NCBI GenBank assembly: GCA_003971905.1
Contig: RSEE01000047.1
Coordinates: 248,001 to 312,000, forward strand
DNA: 64,000 nt
Direction of reading: 5' to 3'
Origin: Moniliella sp. 'wahieum'
Taxonomy: Eukaryota
The translations under genes were made by a program, and so were the position numbers. The notes beneath the pieces are model-generated. The model saw only the letters and a program-made list of their open reading frames with translations. It was not told where the DNA came from and made no database searches. Positions within the stretch are counted from its first letter, which is position 1, and each line of letters starts with the position of its first letter. Below are positions 37,864 to 49,704 of this stretch, piece by piece.

Positions 37864-40511
37864 ATGGAGCCAGCCACGCCCACGGCGCCCTCGCCACGCA
37901 TCCTGCCCCCGACCACCTTCTTTGCCCGCCCCCCCACTGACGATGAGCCCCCAATCTCCCCGCGCTCGCCCACCGCACCCCCCTCCGCCCCGCCCCCACC
38001 GCGCGCTGGCCACGCCTTGACCAGCGGTCGCAGCTTCGAGCTCCCAAAGCGCTCCACCCCCGCCCCATCCCCCGCGTCTGCATCTTCCTTTGGACTTGGG
38101 TCTGCTCGTCCTGCTTCTGGTGTGCTGCTTTCCGAGGCCCACCCGGGCACCGGCACCGATAGTTCCGACACTGACACCGACGTGCGTTCGCGCGCCATCC
38201 TTGCTGCCCGGCCTGCTGGTGCTTCCACCCCCGGCCTCGTTACCGGCACCCCCTCCGTGTCTCAGCATGCTTCCCGCCGCCGCACGCCCAACCCCACCAG
38301 CTCCCGCCCCAGCACTCCTGGTCCCACTGGCCGTCCTTCGACGGGGTTCAGTACCTACCGTTCAGCCCAGTCCTCGGCCTATGGATCTGCCTATACCTCG
38401 GCGCGTCCCAGCATTAGCTCGCCTGTCGATACTGCCTACCACTCGGGTTCCGGGTCAGAGTCCGAGTCGCGCCATTCGCGCTCTGGCTTGCCCCGCCCCA
38501 CCCTCGTTCAGGGCCAGGTCTCAACCCCTGCGCCGAGCACCCCGGGCGCCATGCGGCGTGGTAGCCTCGGCTCGGCCAACAGCCTCACGAACCCACGACC
38601 GAACCCTCCCTTTGCCTATCCGGCCATGGAATCTACCAGGAACCGCGTGCAAGAGGCTCAAACCGAAGGCGAGGAAGAGCTGCGGTGGACCAGCGGCCCA
38701 GGAAGCACAGATGATGCTTCCTTTTCAGTGCGAACGGGACCCGAAACCGCGGGTGTCTCGCTGCGGAATCCACATGCTTCCGGTTTCGCCAAACAGGCTG
38801 TTTGACTGAGGAGCCCCCATTCTCTTTAGGATCGCACTCAGTTATTAACTCGGCACCGCTCCATGATCAGGCGATCACCTTACAGGAAGACAGCCCTCGA
38901 AGGAACTTCTTCTCAGATGTGTCTCCGGCCTCTGGGCTGGCTCCCGGACATGGTCTTTACCCACATGCTACTCCATCCCAACATTCACTGGCTTCCCTGG
39001 GACCGTCGCCCCACAGGGAGAGCGACCGATCGGGAGCACCACTTGTTCACCCCGAGCCGAAAACCCCTGTTACCCCTCCGCCCGTTTCCTCCAGCTCACT
39101 GGGGAATAGCCATTGGCGAGGCCGTCTTGTACCAGTAGCTCATCCGATGGGCACAAAACGAATCCGCAAGTATCGCAACTGGCCGGGTGGCAATCGCTTT
39201 ATTCTCGGTGGTTGGGGGGTCACGTCCCAGTCCCCCCCTTGGGCGGCGCTCGCGTCGTTTGCCCTTGTGCTAGCTCTGCCTGCGGTGTGGATGGCCTGGG
39301 ACGGGCGCTGGGTTTCCAACAACATCTCACCGGGTCCCATCGTCGTCCTCGCCTACTTTTGGATGGCGTCAATTGTGGCTATGATCCATACCGGTTGCTC
39401 AGACCCGGGTGTTCTGCCCCGTGATTTGGACATACGTCCTCCTTGCCAAATGCCTGGCCAAACGCGAGCAGGGGAAATACGGTTGGCAGACCCGGACGAC
39501 CCCTTAGCCGTGCCCATGCCTCGCAAAGTCCGCGTTGGTCCCCAAGGTCGGGTGCTCAAGCTGACCTGGTGCACGACCTGCCGCATCTACCGTCCGCCTC
39601 GAAGTTCCCACTGCCGCACTTGTGACAATTGCGTTGAAAACATTGACCACCACTGCACCTTTCTCAACAACTGTGTCGGGAAGAGAAACTATACCTCGTT
39701 CCTTTGGCTTCTCTTTGTCCTCACTGTGTCGCTGTTGTTGATGTTTTCCCTGTGCATCGCGCACCTAGTTATGCTCACCTGGGCCAAGGGCCATCCCTAC
39801 CCACGTCGTGGACACACCAGCCCTGGGCTCTCGTTTGGCGGCGCGCTCCGCAACACCCCCGCCTCGGCGGTGGTGGGATTGCTGTCGGTTGGCCTTTTGG
39901 GACCTGTGCTGACCCTCTTTGGGTACCACGCCCGGCTCGTATGGCTCAATCGCTCGACAGTCGAGCAGATCCGTATCCAGGCCGCTCGCAAAGTCGGTGC
40001 CCAGTCTTTGGGGTACGGCGAAGAAGACGATGCTGATGACGAGGATGAACCTGCGCCGCCCCCTGTGCCCTCTCGTATGCAAAACCTGCTTGGGGCCTTG
40101 ACCTTACCCTTCCGCCTCTTCCTCCCTCGTCTTCGAAACCAGGGGGAACAAGGGCGACGCAAGCGCCTGCGCTCTTCGGCGTCAACACTGGATCCCAACC
40201 CTTTTGTCCGCCCTGGTCACCCAGGCCGCAACATCCTCTCCGTTCTGTCTCGACCCTACCCTCTTTCGTGGATGGATCGGCGTGGATGGGTGGAACCAGA
40301 CCTTCGGGGCACCAACCCGGCCTTTCTGCCAGATTCGTCGCCTGCCATGCCCGACGTGGGCTCATCTGCGCCTCTTGGACGACCGGGCGCTGACTCGCAT
40401 TTGCCTGTTGGGCCTGCGTTTGCTTCTGCGCTGGGAATGCCGGCAACGGACGGCCCTACCCCACTGCATTTGCACCACGACGATGCGTTCGAAATGCGTG
40501 AACAGGCCTGA
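37864..40511 (+). CDS. ERF2: DHHC palmitoyltransferase, Erf2-like, with long disordered N-terminus
   Basis: [77 protein letters not shown]; one frameshift near 38800. Confidence 0.9.
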
Positions 40512-41536
40512 GGCTCGGGCCTGATGACCGATCCTCCGCAGGCACCGAGTGCCTGCTCAGCTCGATTTTGGACGCACTGGCCCATCTTTTCTTAACCCTT
40601 TGCATACGCGTGCTCCCTCTTTTTTTCCTTTCCCTTGACACTTGTCTTATTCTCGGCGGTACAAGCACAGTGACTAGTGACTTGGGACCCCAGCCGCTGT
40701 TCTCGTTCGCTGCTATACCATTGATCTTTTCACCGTTTTGCCATCCTCTCCTTTGGAGTTTACCGATGATCATAATCTACATGGGGTCTCCTCCTTGTCG
40801 TCTCATGGTCTTGCCATTGCGTCTGATGCGGACAAGGCATCTCTGTCCCTGATAAACGACTGGTTGCCGAGAGCCTGAAGTTGAACGCTGATGGATGGCG
40901 GTGGGAGGAGCGGGAGGACGTAGATGAGGGGGTAGGACGGGGAACAGATAACACATGTGAGGTATGAGAACTTTGATGAAAACTCAGTTGGGACACACAA
41001 GAGCCTACCTGTATTAACTCGAAGGCCCTGAGGCCTTTAGGTTCCCAGCCCTGCACACTTGCGCCTCAACGCCTCAATGTGAGGCTTCAGCGCCTCAGCC
41101 TCAGCCAATGCTCAGCCCCTCAGCGCCTTCAGCCAGCGGATGCCCAGCAGGCTGAGCGTGTATCCACCTGAGCTCAGCCTCATCGACCACCGTTGAGGCT
41201 GAGGCGCTCAGGCCACGAGCGGTGCCGGTGAGATTGAGAGCAATACAGTTGGTGCCAGAATGGCGTCGATGCCTGCCGAGCCCCCGCGAAGGGCAGCAGA
41301 GGGCCAGTGCAGCCTAGTGCTGGTCCAGACAAGTGCCCCCCAACACTGCGCCCGTGCGACACTTCGGCTGGCTTCCCCGGCTTCGTGCGCCTTCCCACCA
41401 TCACGCATCGAACACCATGCATCATCCATCCGGCTACGCACACCTGCTCCACACTGGCCAGATCCGTGTGTCGTTGCGCCGTCGCTTGAGCGCCTCGACG
41501 CCTCACGCTCGAGCCCCGCGCATGGGCCACTCTCTC

Positions 41537-41544
41537 TATAAAAT
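41537..41544 (+). promoter_or_regulatory. TATA box of HSP70
   Basis: TATAAATA ~65 bp upstream of the ATG, followed by a CT-rich leader. Confidence 0.65.
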
Positions 41545-41605
41545 AGGCGTCGCATCCCGCCTCCTGCGCTTTCTTCCTTCATCCTACCTAGACTAATCCT
41601 TCCTC

Positions 41606-43594
41606 ATGACCAAGGTACGTCCTGCTCTCCTTCGCGCCTCAGGCCACCTGCTGACCCCTGGATTCCTCCTTCGCAGGCTGTTGGTATTGATCTTGGCACC
41701 ACCTACTCGTGCGTTGCCGTGGCAGAACGACCGCGTTGAAGTCATTGCCAACGACCAGGGCAACCGCACCACCCCTTCTTATGTTGCCTTTACCGACTCG
41801 GAACGTCTTATTGGCGATGCCGCCAAGAACCAGACGGCCATGAACCCCCACAACACGGTGTTCGATGCCAAGCGCCTCATTGGCCGCAAGTTTTCTGACC
41901 CGGAGGTTCAATCCGACATGAAGCACTGGCCCTTCAAGGTTGTCGATGTCGGCGGCAAGCCCGTCATCCAGGTTGAGTACAAGGGTGAAACGAAGAAGTT
42001 CACGCCCGAGGAAGTTTCTTCGATGGTGCTCCTCAAGATGCGTGAGACCGCTGAGGCTTACTTGGGCGGCTCGGTGAAGGACGGCGTGGTCACTGTACCC
42101 GCTTACTTTAACGACTCGCAGCGTCAGGCCACCAAGGACGCTGGTGTCATTGCTGGTCTCAACGTGATGCGCATCATCAACGAACCCACAGCTGCTGCCA
42201 TTGCCTACGGTCTTGACAAGAAAACGGAGGGGGAGCGCAACGTGCTCATCTTTGACTTGGGCGGCGGTACTTTTGACGTTTCGCTCCTTACCATTGAGGA
42301 GGGTATCTTTGAGGTCAAGGCCACTGCTGGTGACACCCACTTGGTGGTGAGGACTTCGACAACCGCCTTGTCAACCACTTTGTCCAAGAGTTCAAGCGCA
42401 AGAACAAGAAGGACCTGACTTCCAATGCCCGTGCCCTTCGACGCCTGCGCACTGCCTGCGAGCGCGCTAAGCGCACCCTCTCTTCGGCCGCCCAGACCAC
42501 GGTTGAGATTGACTCGCTTTACGAGGGTATCGACTTTTACACTTCGATCACTCGTGCCCGCTTCGAAGAGTTGTGCGGTGACCTGTTCAGCCACACCATC
42601 GACCCCGTCGAGAAGGTACTGCGTGACGCCAAGTGCGACAAGGGCCAGGTCAATGACATTGTTCTTGTCGGTGGCTCCACCCGTATCCCTCGAGTCCAGA
42701 AGCTCCTCTCGGACTTTTTCAACGGCCGCGAGCTCAACAAGTCGATCAACCCCGACGAGGCTGTTGCTTACGGTGCCGCGGTTCAGGCTGCCATTTTGAC
42801 GGGTGACACATCTGAAAAGACCCAGGACCTGCTGCTTCTTGATGTTGCCCCCCTGTCGATGGGTATCGAGACTGCCGGTGGGGTGTTCACGCCGCTCATC
42901 AAGCGTAACACCACTGTGCCCACCAAGAAGTCGGAAATCTTCTCGACCTATGCTGACAACCAGCCCGGTGTGCTGATTCAGGTGTATGAGGGTGAGCGCG
43001 CGCGCACCAAGGACAATAACCTGCTCGGCAAGTTTGAGCTGTCGGGCACCCCCTGCTCCCCGTGGTGTGCCCCAGATTGAGGTGACGTTTGACGTGGATG
43101 CCAACTCGATTCTCAACGTCTCGGCTGCCGACAAGACTACGGGCAAGTCGCAGAAGATCACCATCACCAATGACAAGGGCCGTCTGTCGAAGGAGGATAT
43201 TGAGCGCATGGTCTCGGACGCCGAGAAGTACAAGGCGGAGGACGAGGCTGCGGCTTCTCGGATCAGCTCCAAAAACGGACTCGAGTCGTACGCTTACAAC
43301 CTGCGCAACTCGCTTAACGAGCAGGGTGTGTCGGACAAGCTCGACGCTGCCGACAAGGAGAAACTTAACAAGGCTATCAGCGAGACAATTGAGTGGCTCG
43401 ACAACTCGCAGGAGGCCTCTAAGGACGAGTACGACGACAAGCAAAAGGAGCTCGAAGGGATTGCCAACCCCATTATGCAGAAGCTCTATGCTGCAGGCGG
43501 CGCCCCCGGCGGTGCTGCCCCTGGAGGTTTCCCCGGCGGTGCTCCTCCCGGCGCCGGTGGCGATGACGGTCCTTCGGTCGAGGAAGTGGACTAA
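41606..43594 (+). CDS. HSP70: cytosolic HSP70 (SSA type)
   Basis: [14 protein letters not shown] (intron 41615-41676), [38 protein letters not shown]-terminal GPSVEEVD; frameshifts near 41720, 42345, 43050. Confidence 0.98.
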
Positions 43595-44845
43595 GGGTGT
43601 TCGCGCCGGCCCTCCAACATTCACGGACCATTCTTTCCCCTGCCTTCAATTCTTCCCCAACTTGCATGACCCCCCTTCCTCCATGTACAAAATACACGCA
43701 CGTGATTTGAGAGATGCGTTGGTATACAGAAAAGGTGCTATGGTGAGGCCGATGAAGTACATGATAGACGTGATGCAGCAAGGCGCGGATGGTGGGAGAG
43801 GATGAAAAGTGTGGAGGGCAGAGAGGGAGACGACGGACATGATAACGATGAGAAGGGAACGAAGACACGAAATCTGCCGCGCCCCGCACGCAGTATAACT
43901 GACTGTGAGTATACTGCAGTCACTAGTCACTACTAGTCCGGAGTGCCGAATGCAATAGGCAAACCGTATGCCGAAGCTGCTGAAACAACGTCTTGATCCA
44001 CCCGGCCGCGGAAACTCAGTTCAACAGGTTTTGGGGGCGCACCCGCCCATAAGCGGACATAATACAGGCTGGTATAAATATAAGCGCACCAAGAGAAGCT
44101 GCACCAACAGAGGCGTCAGCACGGAAGAAATTGTCGCCGCAGCAGGACCTCGGCGAACGGGCCTGCTCGGTCAAACGGCGATTGCCGGACGTCGGCGGCA
44201 ATGGGCGGATGACTGTCACATGTCGTGGGGGGTCCCGAGGTGGGAACCTCCTGCAGTTTTGGGGTATAAACCTTTGGACAGGTCTCAATCGGTGTGTCTC
44301 GTAAGTTAGGTCCTGCTCCAGATCCTGGTTGAACGTTCAACGTTGATACGTTCATGATTGGTATAGACAGAATGCGGGACACTTCCCAGAGAGGTAAAGA
44401 CTAATGCACAGAAGCCCTTGCTCTCCAAGGTGCTGCGGAGAGTCGGGCGCAGCAGGAAAGGCTCTGACAAGACTGGTCGCAATGGACACAAAGCATCGTA
44501 CCGTTAAGCCCATGCGACCATGGCGGGCCGCGGGTGATATCCGCAGCATGGATAAGATGTCGACTGGCTCTCTCTCGCTAGTCTAACGTCTAACAGAGGA
44601 CTGACGCGTGTTGGGCTAAGAGATGTGTCTACTATATGCGGGGCTCAGCGTCCGGAGATAATCGATAACCGGAGCACCCCGTAACAATGACCGATGATGA
44701 GATGTATGATGCTGCATGAAGTTCCGCGCTAAATCAGCTTGATCCCTCTGCCTGAGCACCAAGCACCAAATAGCAAGGTAGTATAAAGGGTTGAGAGCCA
44801 CACTCGTCAACCCAAGTCTCACCCCCACCATCCCTTACTGCTATC

Positions 44846-45634
44846 ATGTCCAACCTGGTTTGCCAGCACTGCCTCGATCTCAAGGAGATTCCCGGAACGC
44901 CGACGGGAAAGTATGACACGGTGGCCGGAATCAAGAGTTACATCAAACCCGGCAGCAAAAAGGGCACCGTCATCCTTGCCACGGACATTTTTGGACTTGG
45001 CATCCCCAACCCAGCGCTATTGGCCGACAAGTACAATGCCGGGACAGGCTTCACGGTCGTTGTTCCCGACCTGTTCAACGGTGATCCCTTGAGCCCTAGT
45101 GACTTCGAAGTCGAAGTGAAGAAACACTCTAGCGACACCGACCCGCAACCAATGCACGAGGCGGTTGGTCGTTTCCTGGTCTGGCTTGGCAACAACCATG
45201 GACTTGACAACACGCTTCCGTTGGTCGCTAAGTTAATTGAGCACTATGCCCCTCAGGGCCCAGTGGCCATCACGGGCTACTGCTACGGGGCCAAGGTTGC
45301 TGTGCTGTCAGCCATTTCAGGGGGTGCTACGGGCCCGCTTAAGGGCATCGTGCTTAACCACCCGTCCATGCTCCAGGCGGAAGAGGCCAAGCAAATCCAG
45401 GTCCCTACCCTGCTCAACATGGCTGAGACCGAACCGGTGTTCACCCCCGAAATCAGGGACGAGTGGATTAAGACGCTCGAGGCCAACAAACTGCTCGATG
45501 CGGCGTCGACGATCTACCCTGGCACAGTGCACGGTTTCACTTGCCGCCCGGACCTCTCGAGACCCGACTTGAAGTTTGCGTTTGAGTCGGCGGCGGAAAA
45601 CACCATTGCGTTTTTCAACAAGGTCTTGGCTTGA
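44846..45634 (+). CDS. dienelactone hydrolase family alpha/beta hydrolase
   Basis: Intact 262-aa ORF; TDIFG, VVVPDLFNGD, nucleophile GYCYG, HPS, YPGTVHGFTCR; TATAAA at ~44782. Confidence 0.93.
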   Translation: MSNLVCQHCLDLKEIPGTPTGKYDTVAGIKSYIKPGSKKGTVILATDIFGLGIPNPALLADKYNAGTGFTVVVPDLFNGDPLSPSDFEVEVKKHSSDTDPQPMHEAVGRFLVWLGNNHGLDNTLPLVAKLIEHYAPQGPVAITGYCYGAKVAVLSAISGGATGPLKGIVLNHPSMLQAEEAKQIQVPTLLNMAETEPVFTPEIRDEWIKTLEANKLLDAASTIYPGTVHGFTCRPDLSRPDLKFAFESAAENTIAFFNKVLA

Positions 45635-45999
45635 TCTGCGCCGTCATGCAGAAACGATCTACCCTGGAAAAGCGAGCGCCTTTTCGGAAGCAATCCGTTG
45701 TCTCTACAATAGTGCCTGATGGACACTACTGGGTGCATGTCATCATAGCCATCAACATGTACCCACAACTACTAAGTTTTATGATTTTACACGTGGTGGG
45801 ACAGAGGAGTGGCCGTAGTTATAGCTGTTAGGTGTCTCCTGCGCGTCCTTGCGCATCAACTTGCCACTCACTCCCATCCCAGCCATGTCTGTTCTCAACC
45901 ACAGTACTGACACATATGTTGACCTCAACCATTGCACGAAGTCGCCCACCAAAAGGTCGCTCATCTGGCGTTGCCTGTAGCTCGTTACGCACGCAAGCC

Positions 46000-46081
46000 G
46001 GTTCCATATTGTAGTTGGTTAGCAAGTAGGATTCTGATCTTTGAAATTCCTGAAACCTGGGTTCGAATCCCAGTGGGACCT
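46000..46081 (+). tRNA. tRNA-Gln(CTG) with ~10-nt intron
   Basis: Acceptor GGTTCCA/TGGGACC+T, D arm TTGT-AGTTGGTTA-GCAA, anticodon arm TAGGA-TTCTGA-[intron]-TCCTG, T arm CTGGG-TTCGAAT-CCCAG, followed by a T5 terminator. Confidence 0.88.
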
Positions 46082-46092
46082 GTTTTTGCTAT

Positions 46093-46273
46093 TGTAACAG
46101 TCGGGGCTAAACGAGGGAGACCAAGGTCCTGTCAGAGGCGGGGGGAAAGGCAAGATCGTTCGTGGGAGGAAACAGAAGGCATCAGGCAGAGAACAGAAGC
46201 AAAAGGGAAGGGAAGAGCGAGAGACACAGGATGCGGAATTGGAAATTGGAGCGAGCTTAGTCATTCGGTGACA
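46093..46273. mobile_element. solo LTR (181 bp), family A copy 2
   Basis: TGTAACAG...GGTGACA, flanked by GCTAT direct repeats at 46088-46092 and 46274-46278; homologous to 11336-11519. Confidence 0.92.
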
Positions 46274-47820
46274 GCTATCTTGGCTTTTTTTGTTACTTTT
46301 GGCGTCCGGGGGGGGGGGGCTACGGGCAACAGCAGCACACAGATGAGCGAGTCTGGTGGGCGCAGCGTTTCTTTGTCCCGGCGTTAAGCTCTGTGAACGA
46401 TATACATGCAACAGTAGGATTGGATACGGAGATAAAGGTGGTCAACGTATGAGCACAGGCAGAACCATCTCCAACGAGACTCTTCTCAGTCGGCTAGGCT
46501 GGCGCTGATGTTGGTTCCTCAATGCAATGTCTGTGCTGATGTGGCCAAAAAACAACTATAACAGATCATTTCGCACGCAGTTTCCCTCTTAGCTGGCAAA
46601 GTAGTATTCTCTCACGTCATTAACATGTTGCCATGTCAAAGAATATAACGGTTCTGGGGTACACCAGCTGATGTATGTGGTCCTGCCGTTCTTATCAACA
46701 CGGCACGCACAAGTCCACCTTTTGCATCATCATATAATATGGACACGTGTGCATGGAGATGTTTATCGCGGTGTACTAAATACCTATTCACTTTCACAAT
46801 GAATCCGCGTGAGGATTGACGGTCGGACCTCGTATGGAGCTCCGTAGTGATGACCTTTTCGACCCGTGTACAACCCAAAAGGCACTATCTATCTCCGCTA
46901 TAGCGCTTGAAGCTTGAACACGAGAGAAAAACAGCAAAGAATCCAAGGCTGGGAGCCAGTATGAGAACTACTCCATATTAGGAACCCGGACCATATGCAA
47001 AGGTCGGGCAGGAACTCCGCGGAGTGGTGTGTTTACATGAAAAGCTGAAAGGCACGTCATGCACGCAGAGCTGGAGAGATACCAGTACAATATAATGGAG
47101 ATTTTGTTTGCCATATAGGATCAATTTTCTTGGTCATTAGTACTTGTGGAGAGGATTGACATGGACCAAGTTAAAGCCGACAATGAGAGACTCTCCGCCT
47201 GCTGCGATGTGTTCCGTGGGGACGACGGACAGATTGTTTGATGGCAAAGGATGAAGCAACAGGGACATAACCTCGTTACAGAAGAGAGAGAGATAATGTA
47301 ACAGAGATAAAATGCATATAGTACCTGAGTTATCCGCAGGGCAGTTGCCACTATACCGCAGTGTGCCAGGCTACTGTTCGTGATATAGTCGGACTCGGTG
47401 GAGTTATCAAACGTCAGGCCGTCAGCAGTGGAAAGAGAGAAGAACATTCATACAGCAGAGCAGTCAATATATTGCCCTTTCTCAAATGTGGTGGCGTGCG
47501 CCGTTCACTACATTCACTCTGAGATACTCGCACAAATGGTGTATGTGTAGTGTGTGTGATGCATGATACACAAATTAATGAGATGGTGTCATTGCCATAT
47601 TTTCCTCGAATCTCTGTTTGCGGTGGCCGCCCCCCTTTTATTTTGGAGAAGAGGTCAAGATAATCGGAGTTAGGACAGGCAAGGGTATTATCATGCGCTT
47701 GTGGCCCTACTAGCATAGTAGTATCTACTTCTATACTCACAATCATCTCTATAAAAGCACAGATCCTGCCTGACCGTGGCTACTCCACACACCGCCCACG
47801 CCACTCCATTCTCCGCCATC

Positions 47821-49365
47821 ATGGCCCCACCAACCCTCACTGCGGACGCCCCCGCCGCTCCCCACACGCTGGCATCTACCCCGGTCCAGCCGCTGGTTGC
47901 TCCCACCAAGAGTACACCGGCCACCGAGACCCAGGCCCCGAAAGAACAGGCGAAGGAGGCTGCCCCCGTGATTGCGACCGAAGTCGCAGACGTCAAGGGT
48001 AAGGACCAGTCACAGGTTCCTATCTGGGCGCGCATCTACTCTGTTTCTCAGCCTCCCTTCGAGAAGGCCTCAAAGGGCCATCCTTTGGATGTGGTTCCCC
48101 CCACCGCGAGTGAGAAGAGCCCCGAAGCCACAGCCTCGGCGGAGGAGGTGGCGCAACGCAAGAAGGAGGTTGATGAGCTCAATGCCCGCAACGCCACAGC
48201 TAAGGCATTGGACGAGGAGCACAACGAAGGGTATGCCTATAAATGGGCGCTGCCTTGGTACGACCAGCGCTTCCAGAGCAAGTGGTACAAGCAGGAACAC
48301 ATCCCTCCCCACGAGCACCATGACCCCGCCCTGCGTGCACTTGCTCACCCAGACCCGGAGGCGTTCCTTCACAAGGATGGGATCCAGGTTGAATCTCTCT
48401 CCCCTCGGTTCGGCACCGCGGTCCGTGGACCTGGGATCAATTTGGCCCGCCTGACGCCCGATGAACTCGACGAGCTAGCCCTCTTTGTGACCCAACGCGG
48501 CGTGGTCACGTTTGAAAACCAACAGGACTTTATCAACTCGGGCCCGGAGAAGCTGGTGGAGTTCGGAAAGCACTTTAGCCAAGTTCTGCACCAACACCCC
48601 GTTGCCTCAGAAGTCAAGGGCTTCCCCGAGCTCCTACCAATCTACCGATCCGACACCTACAATGTGGTCAAGCCGGCGCTCAAGAGAACCCACGGTACCA
48701 ATGGTGAGTTGCCACCTTTTCTTCCCCTCTTTGCTTATTCCCCGTTTCTGACCGTACACACTCCCTCAGGCTGGCACACGGATATTACATTTGAAGCCCA
48801 GCCTCCTGGCATCACCACCCTGCTGCTCTTTGACCCTCCCGAGAGTGGGGGCGACACTGGCTTTGTGGATTCCGAGGAACTGTACCGTCGCTTGTCGCCC
48901 TACCTTCGCAAGGTTCTTACTGGCCTTTCTGCCGAACACGACTTTTTCAGTCAGCCTGGCCTGGTGCGAGCCTTTGCTGAGCGCCCGCAGAAGCGCACTC
49001 CTGTTTCTCATGTCCATCCTGCCGTGCGCACCCACCCGGTCACAGGGCGCCAGAGCTTGTTTGTGAATGAGAACTTTGTCACCCGCTTGGTCGAGCTCAA
49101 GGACGAAGAGTCGCAGGCCCTTCTTACGGTGCTTTCCAACTTGGCCTCGAAGGCGCACGATGCGCAAGTGCGCATCCGCTGGCGCCCCGGCTCGGTCACC
49201 TTGTGGGACAACCGCCGGACTCAGCATCGCATCATCCATGATGTAGTCGAGGGCCGGCGCCACGGCGTTCGCCTTACGCCTCAGGCGGAGCGTCCCTTTT
49301 ACGTTCGTACTTCGTACGACGAAGATCTGGAGAAGGAGGACAACGATGGGACCACAACTGCGTGA
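47821..49365 (+). CDS. TauD/TfdA alpha-ketoglutarate-dependent (sulfonate-type) dioxygenase
   Basis: LSPRFGT, LALFVTQRGVVTFENQ, WHTDITFE.QPPG.T, GGDT, HPAVRTHPVTG..LFVN, WDNRRTQH; in-frame 66-nt intron 48704-48769; TATAAAA at ~47750. Confidence 0.93.
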   Translation: MAPPTLTADAPAAPHTLASTPVQPLVAPTKSTPATETQAPKEQAKEAAPVIATEVADVKGKDQSQVPIWARIYSVSQPPFEKASKGHPLDVVPPTASEKSPEATASAEEVAQRKKEVDELNARNATAKALDEEHNEGYAYKWALPWYDQRFQSKWYKQEHIPPHEHHDPALRALAHPDPEAFLHKDGIQVESLSPRFGTAVRGPGINLARLTPDELDELALFVTQRGVVTFENQQDFINSGPEKLVEFGKHFSQVLHQHPVASEVKGFPELLPIYRSDTYNVVKPALKRTHGTNGELPPFLPLFAYSPFLTVHTPSGWHTDITFEAQPPGITTLLLFDPPESGGDTGFVDSEELYRRLSPYLRKVLTGLSAEHDFFSQPGLVRAFAERPQKRTPVSHVHPAVRTHPVTGRQSLFVNENFVTRLVELKDEESQALLTVLSNLASKAHDAQVRIRWRPGSVTLWDNRRTQHRIIHDVVEGRRHGVRLTPQAERPFYVRTSYDEDLEKEDNDGTTTA

Positions 49366-49704
49366 AGAACGTTATGCTGCGTGAAGAATGCGATACTGTA
49401 TATGAAGGACGTATATGCCGTGTTGTATGGTTAGCGCTGGAGCATTGAGTCCGTAGTAGTACTTAAAAGACTTCAATAACTACTACACCTTGAACCCGAC
49501 GAGCCCCGCGAACCTCTACTTATTATTGTTGGAACGCCGGACAAACGAGCCTCCTAGGCGAGGCGTTTCCCATGTCACTTTTCAAAAGCGATCAACAAGA
49601 CAGTGGCCACCTCGCCTGCAAACGCTGCCATACTGTCTTTGCGTCTGCCTATCATCAGGTGAAATGTGGCCCTACTTATTGGTAAAAATACATGCCAATC
49701 GGCC

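Noticed and set aside
41639..43624. Long antisense ORFs opposite HSP70
   Set aside because: Well-known by-product of HSP70 codon bias; no independent evidence of coding
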